The notes beneath the pieces are model-generated. The model saw only the letters and a list, made by a program, of their open reading frames with translations, did no database searches and was not told where the DNA came from. Below are positions 46,632 through 60,244 of a DNA stretch of 64,000 nucleotides, piece by piece. Position 1 is the stretch's first letter; the number at the start of each line of letters is the position of its first letter. The position numbers and the translations under genes are program-made. Source of the stretch: Balanoglossus misakiensis (lineage: Eukaryota; Animalia; Hemichordata); assembly GCA_040954595.2 (NCBI GenBank), contig CM082592.2, positions 2,046,001 to 2,110,000 of the forward strand, written 5' to 3'.

Positions 46632-49083
46632 CACGGGCGTCATGGAACAATAAAGTGTATGGATAATGATAAACTTAACATAAACGCGGCGCCCACAACG
46701 AATACACAATAAACATTTCGGTTTTTTGTGTGTGTGTGAACGAGAACTGCAATAAAGCTGGGTCAGTTAACAAATCCACACCGTACGCGTACCTGTCTAT
46801 GCCCTGTTTGTACAGTTGTACGACATCGCATCGCGATCGTGTTGTGCTGTTTTTGTTCGTACGCATGCGTGCGCGCCGGTGACTTCGTTGCTGTGTACGT
46901 GTACGTGAGTACACATATATACAGGGTATGAAACGAATTTTCAGCCCACCGCCATTTGGCAACTATTAGATTAGATAGAAACCTAATGTCTGGCTTTTCA
47001 ATTTTCAAAAGTCGGTCGAACATTCGAGATATTATCGATCGAAAAGTGTCACTCGTCCTGGGGACGTGCGTTACCGACGTAAAATGGCGTTTGGGCGATG
47101 TCGCAAATTTCTCTCTGAAAGGTGTACATAGGACATACTGTTTCATGAAAAAAAATCATAGCAAATATAACAGTGATGCACATGAACAACGTCCACCATG
47201 ACTGGGAGAAGCTGAGCTGAGCTCACGCATAGTTTCATACACATGATATAAAACCCGGCGATCGAACACGGCACTTCCGGTCACCAGATTCGCAATGGTT
47301 TTGTATACGGATTTGTTGTATTTTTCACGTTTTCCGTTTTTTATTCATGATTAATCCAAGACTTTTCAAGACACATTCTAAGCAAAAATGAAAATTATTG
47401 ACTACACTTCGATGGCACTCTCTGCTCCGTAGAACAAAGTGTCCCCCCTGTCCCCCCTTTTTGGTAACGCACGTCCCCAGACTCCATGTGAGCGATAGTC
47501 TCGGTTACCCAGACTCTCTTACTCTTTCTCTCGTCTCAAGAGGGCGCTGCGGAGAAAGAGAGTCTGGGATCACTGCACGTTAAATTTTCCGCGAACCGGA
47601 AGCGACTTTTAGTAATCGAGCGGTGCACCATGGATCCAATAACAAATCGCAGGGAATAGAGGAATGAATCGTGTTGTTGTTGTTGATGATAAAAACATGT
47701 TTAAAAAATTAATGTGTCATTTCCTGCTACCGTAATCGTGGAAAACACGGCCTAGGTCGCCCAACGTCACTCGTGGAAAACATGACCTAGGTCGGCCAAC
47801 GTCACTACGAGTGACGTTGGGCGACCTAGGCCGTGTTTTCCACAATTACGGTAGCAGGAAATGACACATTAATTTTTTAAACATGTTTTTATCATCAACA
47901 ACAACAACAAGAACAACACGATTCATTCCTCTATTCCCTGCGATTTGTTATTGGATCCATGGTGCACCGCTCGATTACTAAAAGTCGCTTCCGGTTCGCG
48001 GAAAATTTAACGTGCAGTGATCCCAGACTCTCTTTCTCCGCAGCGCCCTCTTGAGACGAGAGAAAGAGTAAGAGAGTCTGGGTAACCGAGACTATGTGAG
48101 CGATTGCATACCCTTCCTAACATACACTGTATTCTTTACTATCAATCACGTGATCTGGCCATGTGACCAACGGCGTTGTCATTTTCAGATGACGGGCAAG
48201 CAATATTTCGGCATCTAGTAAAAGTTTTTCCGAGTATGTTTTTACTTTAGAACCGCCAAACACGTAACATGTATCAGGTATGGTGCCTCATCAGCCTCGT
48301 TGCATTTCATCTGCACAGTCTTTGTCTGCACCACTTAAGTCCACGTTGCTGAATTTGCCCGTCATCTGGAAATTTGAATGCGCACGTAACTGCCGCCTGA
48401 GCGCGTCTGACGTCATTTGATATCGAAGAATACGAACGCGTCTGTCCTGGCTAGCAACGGAGTGTACGATCGTCTGCCGCGCGTGCTGGGCCGGGCGCGT
48501 GCGCGCGTGCGGTTGTAGATTGCGACATCACTTCCGCGTTCAGCGGCGCTAGTGCGTTCGCTGGCATATTTTGCAAGTTCAGCTGTAGCTAGGCCGTTCG
48601 TGAGTGTAGTTCTCGTTCACATAAAAACAAGGAAATAATTTATTGTGTGTTCGTTTAGGCCTATGCTAAATTATCCATACACTTTATTGTTCCATGACGC
48701 CCGTGCCTTACATACACTGTATACGAGCGCGTCTGTCCTGGCTAGCAACGGAGGCGGACAGAAACTGTCGTCTGCTGGCCCGGGCGCGTGAGCGCGCGCG
48801 GTTGAAGATTGCGCCATCAGCGTTCAGTTATGACTAAAATGACGTCATACACCTGAAGCACTGTGCACTTCCGCGTTCCGCGCTGGTGCGTTCGTTCGCA
48901 TATCATGCGTTTGGTCATTGGAAAGGGGGATATTCTGCTGTTGAAAACGTGACAGAGAAGCCGGTAGGCCGTTCGTGAGTGCAGTTCTCGTTCACACCAA
49001 AAAACAACCCAAAAACGAAATATTTTCCTGTGTGTTCGTTGATTGAGTTTATTATTTATCCCATACACTTCATGACGCCCGTG
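46632..49083. mobile_element. Non-autonomous DNA transposon with CACGGGCGTCATG TIRs and 7-bp TSD (P-element-like)
   Basis: TSD attagcc (46625-46631) and attaacc (49084-49090). A second, internal right end lies at ~48671-48705. Confidence 0.8.
47496..48094. mobile_element. 599-bp almost perfectly palindromic MITE with TAG...CTA ends and 9-bp TSD (AcademH- or Mutator-like)
   Basis: TSD tgtgagcga at 47487-47495 and 48095-48103; ~290-bp arms; a related empty site at ~34970-35030. Confidence 0.9.
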
Positions 49084-49216
49084 ATTAACCATAGTGTGAT
49101 TCTTTTTGTCAGATTGTTTGAAGTCTTGAATTTCTGCAGAGCCTGGGTCTAGACCTAAACAGGAGGATGGGTATTTAAAATAAATACTACTAGAAAATAA
49201 ATGAACAGGCAACCAA

Positions 49217-49703
49217 ATGAATGAATGAATGAATGAATGAATGAATGAGTGAGTGAGTGAGTGAGTGAGTGAGTGAGTGAGTGAGTGAGTGAGTGAGTGA
49301 GTGAGTGAGTGAGTGAATGAATGAGTGAATGAATGAATGAATGAATGAATGAATGAATGAATGAATGAATGAATCAATGAATGAATCAATGAATGAATCA
49401 ATGAATGAATCAATGAATGAATCAATGAATGAATGAATGAATGAATGAATGAATGAATGAATGAATGAATGAATGAATGAATGAATGAATGAATGAATGA
49501 ATGAATGAATGAATGAATGAATGAATGAATGAATGAATGAATGAATGAATGAATGAATGAATGAATGAATGAATGAATGAATGAATGAATGAATGAATGA
49601 ATGAATGAATGAATGAATGAATGAATGAATGAATGAATGAATGAATGAATGAATGAATGAATGAATGAATGAATGAATGAACGAACGAACGAACGCACGC
49701 ACG
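49217..49703 (+). repeat. (GAAT)n/(GAGT)n microsatellite, ~490 bp
   Basis: Direct reading; source of the spurious FIHS ORFs. Confidence 0.97.
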
Positions 49704-50677
49704 CCCGCCAGGAACGCACAATTCTTTCAATTTCAATGAGATCATTCACGTATGGAACCTAACGTTATAGTATAACATTCACATTTCACAGCTGATTAAA
49801 ATCAGCTGAAGGGATTGGCTCCGTCTCTCCATTTACCGTGTTTTCGCTGTTCTCGTTATGTGTGGGAGATGCACCAGCAAATAAGATCTTGTATATAGAC
49901 ACGGAATCACAGCTGATATTCATCAGACCCATATATATATATCTTACTAACAACAATCTCACAGTAGTGAATCCCACTCTCGATATATTCGACTGACCAA
50001 TGAATTGATAATATCAACAAATTCTGATAATCAATATCGTCTTCTCCGTCACCGTCCTGTCATATTAATCAGTAAAAAATAAATACTGGTCACACTAAAA
50101 CACAAACTAATTAAAATCAGATGTAGGGAACGGCGAAGTGGTTAAGAAAACCACGTCGCCGTTCCCTACATCACATTTTAAAATGATTGACTAAAACAAC
50201 ACAATGAACGTTTGAAATTCAATCTAACTGACTGGTGGTGTTTGAACCAAACAACCATTTGTAAAGATTGTACGAAATTTACCGTTGTTAAACACGGAAA
50301 AGCAAGAGAATACCTTCGCACAACACAAGTTTGGAGCCGATGTGTCCGCCACTGTTGCATCCGAATAAATGACAGATTCCAGCTCTGCTGCATTTCTTGT
50401 CACAACTGTAACAAAAAGTGATCCTTGAAAAAGTGTCAATCCATGACATGTAGCTGATGTTTTCTTTCCAGTCGACGTAAATCCTAGAAACTGGGTTCCT
50501 CCTGCAAGTAATTTGGGACAGTTCGAAGTCACAAATTGCTACAGACACAAACGTACATATTTATAACACTTAGTTTTTTAATGGCCAGTAAAGTCCAAGC
50601 TTGGCCAATTGACGCAATCAAAATATCTAAATATGACTCATATGTGCGGGGTATTAAAGACCCCCCAAATCAGTGGC

Positions 50678-53087
50678 GAATCTTAATGCCGTTTGACTGA
50701 CAACAGACAACACCAACGATCTTGGCTCTATGAAAATCGGCCCAAACAGGTCCAAGCATAAAGAATTACACCACACAACGACAGTAGTTGGCTTTATAAA
50801 CACACATAACATAAAGTTATCGACGCAAAAGTACACGAGCTTTTGAAACAACGATGATTTTGGGAGAAATCTGGTTTCAGTGCTTTTCAGAAGCGTCCCT
50901 GGGAAACAATAACACCACGCCATTCAAACGGCTGTCAATCGCGTGGAGGTGTAAAGTGTTCAATTATTTTCTATGTACATGAGATCAATTACACAGTCAT
51001 TATGCTCGACGACCACTCCCAAATAAACAACTATACAAACACACGTTAATCCGACCCCCCCCCCCCCGGTACTTTCCGCACCGGGGTTTAAGATAACGGA
51101 GATACGCGCTGGATTGCCAATCCCCTTGGAGTTTGATAAACTCCCCAGGGACCCCACTTTCAAATGCAAAGCTTGCACCCCTACGACGGAGGCTGTGACC
51201 CCAAGTACATGTCAGCTGGAAAGCCTGCCCTCTGAACTTAAGGGACCGTTCAGTTTTTACGGCCGGGGGGGGGCGGGGGCGGCAAGTTTGTGTCATTGGT
51301 TTTCAAAATCAGGCCGACCCCCCTTCACCCAGGACCAAAAAATGATGACCCCCCCCCCCCACGCCGAAAACATTCGCCGTCCTGATCCTATGTACACTGT
51401 ATGCAATAAAGGGAATGAGGCTCCTCACACATCAATTATAAATTTCTTAAAGTATTATTGAAGCATATAATAGTATATCGTTGCAATAAAGAAATATATG
51501 AACAAATGTAAATGACAAGTCAATACGATATGCTAGAATTGGTAAAACAAGAAAAGTGGCGGGGGTGGGAGGGGGTGTCCCCCTCCGACATCAGAAAATG
51601 TTGTAAAATACGGTGCTCAAAGTCGCATTTTAATGAACTCAAAAGCAAATTAACTCAATGTTAGAGAGGACAAATCTTAATTTTGCCACTCCACCCAAAC
51701 TAAGCATCGGGGTGGGGTGGCAAGAAGTCTTCCCTGGTACAGTAGACAAACCAGTGAATAAATGCAATGTGGCGAAGAATGGAGGGGGTGGGTGTGGGAG
51801 GGGGTGTTCCCCTCCCACATAAGAAAATTTTGTAAAATATGTAGCGCAAAGTTGCATTTTAATGAACTCAAAAGCAAATTATCTCAATGTTTGGGAGGAC
51901 CAATTTTACTTTTTGCCACTTCACTCAAAGTTAGAAGATTTGGCGTCATCTTCGTCATGACATCATTTATAAAACTTCTAGTATATAGAAGATGCAGCGC
52001 AAAACTATCAGTTATGCGAAATGGTTTAAAAGATTATTCTCCTTTATGTATTTACTTTGTTATATATTATCATCGGTGGGGTTGGGGTGGCAAGCACTCT
52101 GCCCTGGTACACTAGACAAACCAGCAAAAAATGAAATGTGGTGGAGAATGAGGGGGGTGGGTTAGAAAATTTTGTAAAAATAAAGGGCGCGAAACTGCAA
52201 TTTTGTGGACTCAAATGCAAAAATTCGGTGGCAAAAGTATGTGACCCCCCCCCCCCTAAACGTTTAAAAAAAACCAGATGATCCCCCCCCCCTTTTGGAC
52301 TTCAAAATTTAAGTGACCCCCCCTGGATTTTGCCGCCCCCCCCCCCGGCCGTAAAAACTGAACGGTCCCTAACATTTGATACTTTTCACCAGCCCTGAAT
52401 GGGTCAAGGGAACCAATTTGCCACATTTGGGAAAAACAAATGCTGGGCCATGTACTCCGGTGTAGACTTTTTTGTGTGTATTCCCTCAATGGGACCGCCG
52501 TGTCCTTGACGCGATTTTTCAATTTTACTCCTGTTCCAGCATCTGTTCTTACAGTGTGTAGATTTATCCAGTTTCTTGCAAGATCAGTATCTTCTACTGG
52601 CACCATTCAGAATTATTTGTACGCAATTCGTAGCTTGCATAGAATCCATGGCTTCACGCCATTGGCCGCTGATCAGTATGTTGTCAAATTACTTTTGAAA
52701 GGTCTTTCCCGTAGCACTTTCCAGCCAGTGATGCAGAAATTACCCATCACCCCCCAGTTGTTGCTAACAGTTTTTCGGGCTTTTAGATATGGCTGTTCCA
52801 TTCGATGTTACTTTGTGGGCATGCCTTTTGATAGGGTTTTTCTCCTTTTTTTCGCAAGTCAAATCTTGTTCCGAAGTCTGCAACCGACTTTGATCCGGCT
52901 AAGCACCTCTGTAGGGGTCATTTCCTCATAGCAGATTCTGGCCTTATAATCGGCGTGACTTGGTCAAAAACCATTCAGTTTCGCGAACGCTGTTTGACTA
53001 TTCCACTTGCCCGAATTCCAGGTTCAGTGTTGTTCCCTTTACAGGCTTACAATCACATGTGTGAGATCATCCCATCACCACCTTCTA
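50678..53087. mobile_element. Rearranged DIRS/Ngaro-like element: tyrosine recombinase in two opposite-strand halves
   Basis: Plus strand ~52452-53087 gives TIQNYL.AIR.LH, KLPITP, FF.FFRKSNL and WSKTIQF. Minus strand ~52451-51090 gives PAFVF...GHSLRR.GASFAF..GV...IKLQGDWQSSAYLRY. Confidence 0.82.
51242..52369. mobile_element. PIF/Harbinger-like non-autonomous element (TAA TSD)
   Basis: taa|gggaccgttcagtttttacggccggggg ... cccccggccgtaaaaactgaacggtccc|taa. Confidence 0.88.
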
Positions 53088-55371
53088 CATATACAGACAG
53101 ACAGACACACACACACACATAGCAAGAGATCAATGGGCAAACACTGACTGACCCATAAGCTGCCAATGTAATATGTACTGTACATACACTAAATATAACA
53201 GCTGGCCTCTTTAAAACTTAGCCAGTTATGTAATCATTCAGGAATTTGCTGTGTATATAAACAACTCAATAAAAACGGAACTGATCTGGTAGAAGGCGTT
53301 ATGCGCCGTCCTTTCAACAATTCCCTATATCACGTGACCTACACCTGTTAATCCAATGAGAAGACTGGAGAACCTGTTTATACTGCAGAAGAGAGCTTCG
53401 CGTGTCCTTTTCGAATTGTCCTATAATTTACTGTGTGCTGAATTGTTTACGTTGTTTAATACTTTCTTGCAATTTTAACAATTAACTGTGTGACATCGAG
53501 GTAATACTCCGCAATATCTTTCTGACATGTTAATCTCCCGAAGAAGAATTCACCAATATCATATACGTGCTGTAGAGAAAATGGATTTTGCTATTCCTAA
53601 AGTAAATATATGTACAGGTTAGAGAAGATTTAAATATCGCTCGTCACAAATCTGGAATTCTTTACCCGGTGAATTGGGGTATCCTGCAAATATAACGACG
53701 GTGTAGATAAAATTGAAACAATGTACATGTATAAGAGAAAATGTCCCCTTGTAAAAAATGTTATCTTTATATCGATATTCTTCTTCTGTTGTGTATTTTG
53801 AGATGAAATTAGCCTTTCATACCTAGCAGTGATTATTTTGTTCCTCATTAAAATAAACCATATATGTCAAAAACTAAATAGTAATTATGCATATATCATT
53901 TGGTCGGAATGAATACGTTTCTCATTGCAACGCCATTTCTAAAGGCGAAATTACAATGCCTGCCTTCGAACGCACACGAAGCATTCGGCCAATAGAGGGC
54001 GCCCTGTGCAGCATGGGAAGTTCATTGTTGGCGACGTCTTAGAACGAATAAGAATTAAAATATTTAGCAAAAGTGTCAGTGCCGCATTCCTAACAACCCT
54101 ATCACGAGACACCGCCTTGATTGCCGGGGCCGGGACTTATGAATCCGTGGCACATTTCGGCCAACCAATAAACCTCATTTAGGTAATGTAATGTAATAGA
54201 AAATAATTTTATTTTAACAGTGCATGTCACCTAAAATTCAATATTTCACCCAAAGCAGAAAGCCCATGGTATAGAAATGCTGTTGAAATTTACACAGAGC
54301 CAAATTCAACTTACTTTGAAGTTTTGAGAAAAAGTTAGAAATATATTGAGATGTGCTAATGGAAACTTCCTTTTAAAGACAGACTTTAGGTTTGTAATGT
54401 ACGGATTGTATGCACTTTTGTCCTAAAATCCCCTTACAGCTCAACAGTAAAAATGAAACTTACAAAGTAGCCAGTAAAACCACACAGAAACACAACAAAT
54501 TCACACAGACGATAAAAACATATACATTCAGGGATTAAGATTTCTGATGGCCATTGGCACAAAGTACTTGCTGAAACCCAGCTTACAACACTTGAGACAA
54601 CAATATCTATGACCTGAGGGTAACATTTCAAAGCAGGAGTACGATGGATGGTTTACATCAGCAGTGGGATCCCACTAGATTTTCTCAGTGTTGCATTATC
54701 GACAAGCTCTGTGAGAAACGGCGTGGCTCTCCCAATAATCTTAGATGCTATGTGGTTCGATGCGATTTATTCACAACAATATTGCAGACATTCAACGACA
54801 CAGTACATTATCCGGATTTCAACACGTCGCAACATATGTGATCTTGGTATGCTAAACAACTTCAACAACCAATAACAAACGTCACAAAATGCACCTGGTG
54901 AATGACACAGTTCGATTAGCCAGCCAATCTGATTAAAATCTGATGTAGGGAACGGCGACGTGGTTTTCTTATGCTGTCGCCCCACACAGCATAAGAAGTA
55001 GGCGACAGCAAAGAAAATCGTACCGCGTAAGTAATAAAAAGACGCCGCCGTACCCTACATCTAATTTTAATCAGATTGTCAACCAGCGCATTTGTCACAT
55101 GGTTAGTGAGGTGCAAGGTACCATCATTCGGAACTCAACTTTTGACGGACAAACAACATGGCTGAATTAGTGACGAGAACGACCTATTCATGACACGGAG
55201 CAATTTCTGACAACCAAATGAAAGTGTACGTCATGACTGTGAGGATATGGACTGCATTTGCAAGATTATGGTAGCCTCATTGAAAATAGTTGACATAAAA
55301 CATCGTAATAAAAACCGAGGGTGCCTTTTCTACTGGCTTGAAGTACCCATTGCGAACATCCTCTACTTTAA

Positions 55372-55455
55372 CCCTATCACCCCGAGATCCTCTTTAGTGG
55401 TCCACCCTTACCATAGAAAACAATGGGTTTGGACTGAACAATGGTGGTGAAAGGG
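55372..55455. mobile_element. Tiny piggyBac-like MITE
   Basis: ttaa|ccctatcacc...ggtgaaaggg|ttaa. Confidence 0.65.
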
Positions 55456-55614
55456 TTAAATTACGTCTTCATTTCAGTACGGGGCATACTAGTTACCAGT
55501 AAGGGATTTAGTGCGCAAAAAATGCACCGGTGCAAGAATTTTAATTCGCCAGCTCTTATCATACATCAGAAAAACGACTTGTTTACAATTCACAATTTAA
55601 TTTTCAAGTCTGTG

Positions 55615-55925
55615 TTAAAATGCATCGACATAAGACACAATATAGTTGTTAGAGTTGTACAGTCCGGCCTGATTAATGGCTGTGATAACCACGTGATACT
55701 CCTTGGACGGATCAACATCATCCACTATTATCCGAGTTTCCATGGTTTCAAGCCATTTCAGCACGTCATTGCTCGAGTAGGCCGTACCAACTGTCAGTTC
55801 ATAGACAAGGCTTGAGTTGCTGACGAAAGCACCAGTCCAGTTCAAATGCAAGGTGTCATCTGACAACCACGTGACAGAAAGCTCAGGCTCTATGCATTGC
55901 AAGACACAGGGAAGAAAAGGTGACC
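55615..55925 (-). pseudogene. Terminal exon of the FN3-like repeat gene
   Basis: LHLNWTGAF...VYELTVGTAYSSNDVLKWLET...YHVVITAINQAGLY...*. It lies downstream of a 415-bp duplicate of the preceding exon end and intron. Confidence 0.65.
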
Positions 55926-56176
55926 ATTGTTTCTAGAGGAGCAAACATTCTTGCAAAAACAAAACATCGTGGTTTTATTCTTTATCAAAACTGGAGGTGG
56001 TACCCATCCAGTATTTGGGCTATACTCTCAGTATGTTTGTTTTGGAAATCAACTGTGGTTTCTTGTGTTACTCTGTCCAACGTAAAAAAATAACAGTATC
56101 TGTTTTTACAACACACCTCTTTTGGTACAATCAGAATTGATAGTTGAAAATTCAGGACTTTAATCTCATTTGCCAA

Positions 56177-56591
56177 ATCGGCTTTGTTGAGTTGCGAAAG
56201 ACTGGTCATTTTAATAAATCTCTCCAGAGTAGAATACAAAGTCAAAGTAGAAACATAGGATAAAAATACCAATTATCGCCGCGCCAACAGTTAGAGTCAA
56301 GAAACAAGTACGACGGATTATTTAGGCTATACGTACTTCAAAATATACATGATTTTTCGAGTTAAATCTGTAGATTTCTACTCATAAAATCACATGTATA
56401 ACAATGGCATTAGACTGAAAGATTAAGTCTTGTGCGGGCGCTCCAGCGCACTGCCTTCGACCCTTTACTGAAGACTCTTTGACAGTGTGTCAGAGCGCCC
56501 GCACACGACTGTATCTTTCAGTCTACGATGGCATTGGTACCTGTTATTATTGGTGGTTCCGTTTCAATAGATAAATTGACAAAAACGCATG
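56177..56591 (+). repeat. 415-bp direct duplicate of 45697-46111
   Basis: Near-identical sequence at offset 10480. Confidence 0.93.
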
Positions 56592-58504
56592 GTCGGATTG
56601 AGCGGTACTATTTTGCTGATGTTTTTTTTTGCGAACGAAGGTGTGATGAAGGGACCGATAGTAATAATCCCCCCGGAAGTTGTGTCTGATTGGCAGATGA
56701 AAGGCGATCAAAGTACCACGTTTGCATTACTATATCCCCCATTATACGTTTCTAAGGATAATGAAGAATTGCTTAAAGTAAGTTTTCAACCCCAAACCCA
56801 TACACCCCCACGCTAAAATAGTTCAACCGATATTTCGCTATCCTCTTACTTGTTTGGACAACCTCGGCGCGGATGCGGTATATGACTTGGTATTAGCGTT
56901 GCGTAACAGCTGTATTACAGATTTCAAAAACGCTTGGGCTTTTTCAAATACACAAATACTGTTGATTTTTGAGTTTCCATACAAAGAACTAAATAGTTCT
57001 CAAATGTTCACTCATGCAGATGCCACGGATCAAAGGCAAAGTATACGCCTTTATTATGACAATGTGTATTGGCTAATATAGGCAAACCTTCAATAGTGTG
57101 TCATCAGCTTTTTGCGATGAAAACAAATCGTTCAAAATAAAAGACATTATCTTTGTTTAAGAGCAGCAAACGGCGAAGACGTCCGCATAAACAAAACACA
57201 GCGACCCGGCGTTGTGGCACAGGCGTCGTGCGTGAGATTATTGAAATTGGAAGATTATTTTTTTTCAATACATATTCCCTGACACAAAAAGATTAATAAA
57301 GGTAGTACTACAGTGAATATGACATATGATAGGTTAAATAGCACAGTATGACAGGAGCGGAGCTTCCTCTGTTTTTCCGATTCTAGCCTATAGCTTGTCG
57401 AATTCGTGGATTTTCACATTTTTTGCGAAAGTGTTCAGACTGATTTGTTTTGTATAAGCATACGGTCACGAGCACACTCAGCCACGCCCAAATGGGCATG
57501 GAAGTAGAGATGACGTTGTGTATACATGTCCAATTACTGATATATGCAATACTTGACAACTACTTAAGGATTCTGTTTCAGATAAATTTAGCCAGGATAA
57601 ACATTGTGATTGACTTCACTCCACACACAAACCCGTTTGGTTCAGTTGGTCTGTTTGATCTGTGGATGAATCGCTGGCCAAAACATTCATCATTTTCAAC
57701 GTAAAAGAAACGATTGACAAATATTTATATTAAATAGAGATATCATGATGATAAACATCATATACAAACATGTATCGAATAAATCTGGATGAAGTCCGAC
57801 GTGGCGTGTGGGTCTTTCCGAACAGCTTACACCATTTTGTAGATCACAAATAAAAAAGTTCAGGTGACCAGGAATATTCGAACATTTTAAACAAAATATA
57901 TCATCAAAAGGAATCTATTCCGAATAAGGAGGGATTCAACCTAGTGTCGCCTTAACATTTAAAGTGTTAATAATGCAAAATTCTGAGATTAATAAATAAT
58001 ATGTACTGAAGTGGAATTGCATCGGCACATCATCTAAATCATTCACCCAATTCTGTCGTTTCTTGAACTTGACTGTGACCTTGTGCGGGGTCGTCCTCCA
58101 TTGGTTTAATCCTCCAACGGTCCGATCGCTCAGGGCGTCGTGGAGCTGTGATGTCGTAAGACAGCGAAGAGTTGCCAGAAATGGTTGCCAGGGGCGACGG
58201 GATGCAACTGCGACACACACAAGAGCGACCCAGTCTTGTGGCACGGCAGAGCTGAGTCAGTCGCGATCTCATCGCGTGATTTCGGAAGACATACAGGTAC
58301 GGGCTTACGGCGCATGAGCAGAACGCCATCCACGTGGCAAACGTCTCCCACCCATGCAGGCGGGATCAGGAGGGGGTCCGTGGAAAACGATTTTATCATT
58401 ATCAGAACGAAGTACGCCGTCCAGCAAAACGCAAACGTGAAATCAAGGATGATGGCAGTTTTTGCCGCTTTCCACTCGTTCTTCATTTTCCGATAAATGG
58501 TTAA

Positions 58505-58688
58505 AGGTATACGGTCACCTCCAATTTACATATCGCCATATATAGCTGAAATGGCGTATTTGAGTGTTCAAAAGAACGTATGGTGGCGCTCTATTTTTCG
58601 CGTGTGCCACCCACAGAAAATCTGTGATTGGTTAGATCTCAATTACCATGGTAACTATAGCTAAATTTGCATAGGTGACCGTATACCT
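58505..58688. mobile_element. TTAA-flanked MITE (Kolobok-like) in GPCR third intracellular loop
   Basis: ttaa|aggtatacggtcacct...aggtgaccgtatacct|ttaa. Removal restores VQYLTIYRKMKNEW. Confidence 0.88.
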
Positions 58689-59387
58689 TTAAATATTGAA
58701 CACTTATGGCGTCCATGTTACTACGGTTACCCTCACGCCGGCTGGAGGGCGGAGACGACACACTTTCCGCCCTCGGTTTATTCTTCCCTTTTCTTTTAAT
58801 CACTCTGCGAACCATGACAACAACGCGGACATACACGAACACCATGACAACCAAGGGAACTGCATAACAACACAAAAAGTAGAAAAGTGTGTAGAGTCTT
58901 TCCACCGGATCTGTAATTTTCCGATTCACCGTACAGGTGTACTTTTGGGGGTGGGGGTTGTAGACGATACAGTTCCACCCGAGCAGCGGGAGCAAAGCGA
59001 TTAACAGACCGGTGATCCAAGCGGCGGCTATCGTGCCTATACGCATCTCTCCGGGGTGATCAGGGACGGGTAACGCAGGGGCGAGATTATCGCGCAGTAG
59101 CGATCGACGCTGATGGCGAGTAGCGTCAGAATCTCCACGGCGTAGAGCAAGAGTTGGGCGACGCCCGTGAACTGGCACCAGAATTCACCGAAGTGCCACG
59201 CGTTGGCGATGCACGACATGATGGCGAACGGCATTACAAGGACGCCGATCAAGAAGCTGGAAACGACGAGATTCGGGACGAATCTGTTGGAGACGGTCAG
59301 CAGCGACCTCTTGGAGCAGAAGAGAGCGAAAACCAGACAGGAGCCGATGACCGTGGCCAGAAATATCGCCGACAAGGTTGTTGTTTG

Positions 59388-60244
59388 GGGAGCATTCGTT
59401 TTTTACAGGGAGGGTGGGGCCGGTGGAAATCAGGGGGGGGTTTACTTTTACAAAGCAGTTTTTAGGGGGGGACAAATTTTATAATCAAGGGATTATTATA
59501 TAGGGACTGAAAGGGGGGACTTGAAAACTTTGACGGCTAAATATTTATTTTGAGTCCACAAAAATGCAGTTTCGCGTCCTTTATTTTACAAAATTTTCTA
59601 ATGTGGGAGGGGGACACCCCCTCCCACACCCACCCCCTCCATTCATCAACACCTTTCAATTATTGACTGGTTTATCTAGTGTCCCAGGTCAGGGGACTTG
59701 CCCCCACCCCATGATAACTTTGAGCGGCGACGTTAATTTGCTTTTGCTGGGTTCATTAAAATGCAGCTTTGAGCTCTGTATTTTATAAAATTTTCTTACG
59801 TGGGAGGGGGACACCCCCTCCCAAACCCACCCCCTTCAATTCTCGGTTTACAATGTCTCCCAACACAGAATACAAATACTTAAAAAATAAAAACAATGTT
59901 CAGTAGACATGTACATGAACAGACATAAATTGACAACAGAGAAAAAGATGCTGAAAAAAGACAAACTGAAAATAGTTGAAGCGCACATTGGCCGGAAACT
60001 GTGTCAAACAACTCTGGAATGTCTCAGAGTAAACCATGAGAGAGACAAAGAGGAGGATGAGCAGGAGGATGAAGAGGATGACTTGGACGAGGACAGTTAA
60101 CCAGAAGATGAACATGTTTTTTTTTTGGGGGGGGGGTCACATTTTAGAAAAGTAATTTCCAGGGGGGGTTGCCTTTTACATTTAGTCGGCGACTCAAATT
60201 CCACCGCCCCCCCCCCCTCCTCCCTGTAAAAAACGAATGCTCCC
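59388..60244. mobile_element. Harbinger-like non-autonomous element in GPCR N-terminus/TM1
   Basis: ttg|gggagcattcgttttttacaggga...tccctgtaaaaaacgaatgctccc|ttg. Removal restores YTGLQTTTLSAIF. The interior resembles 23220-23700. Confidence 0.85.

Larger units (their letters stand above)
46061..49160 (-). pseudogene. Exons of a large FN3-like repeat protein; one exon split by a DNA transposon
   Basis: GLDPGSAEIQDF..NHTMVN|VTGQVGHGQKLFSTIRCHNYIGLSSVIMTDGV...FSWRGFQDIAGLSHYQ is in frame once 46632-49090 is removed. The next exon ~46061-46268 contains VRAVNYVD. Confidence 0.7.

Noticed and set aside
48817-49749. 310-aa FIHS-repeat ORF and overlapping ORFs
   Set aside because: Translation of the (GAAT)n microsatellite.
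59900-60115. Acidic and hydrophobic short ORFs inside the Harbinger-like element
   Set aside because: Low complexity and no transposase or Myb/SANT motif.
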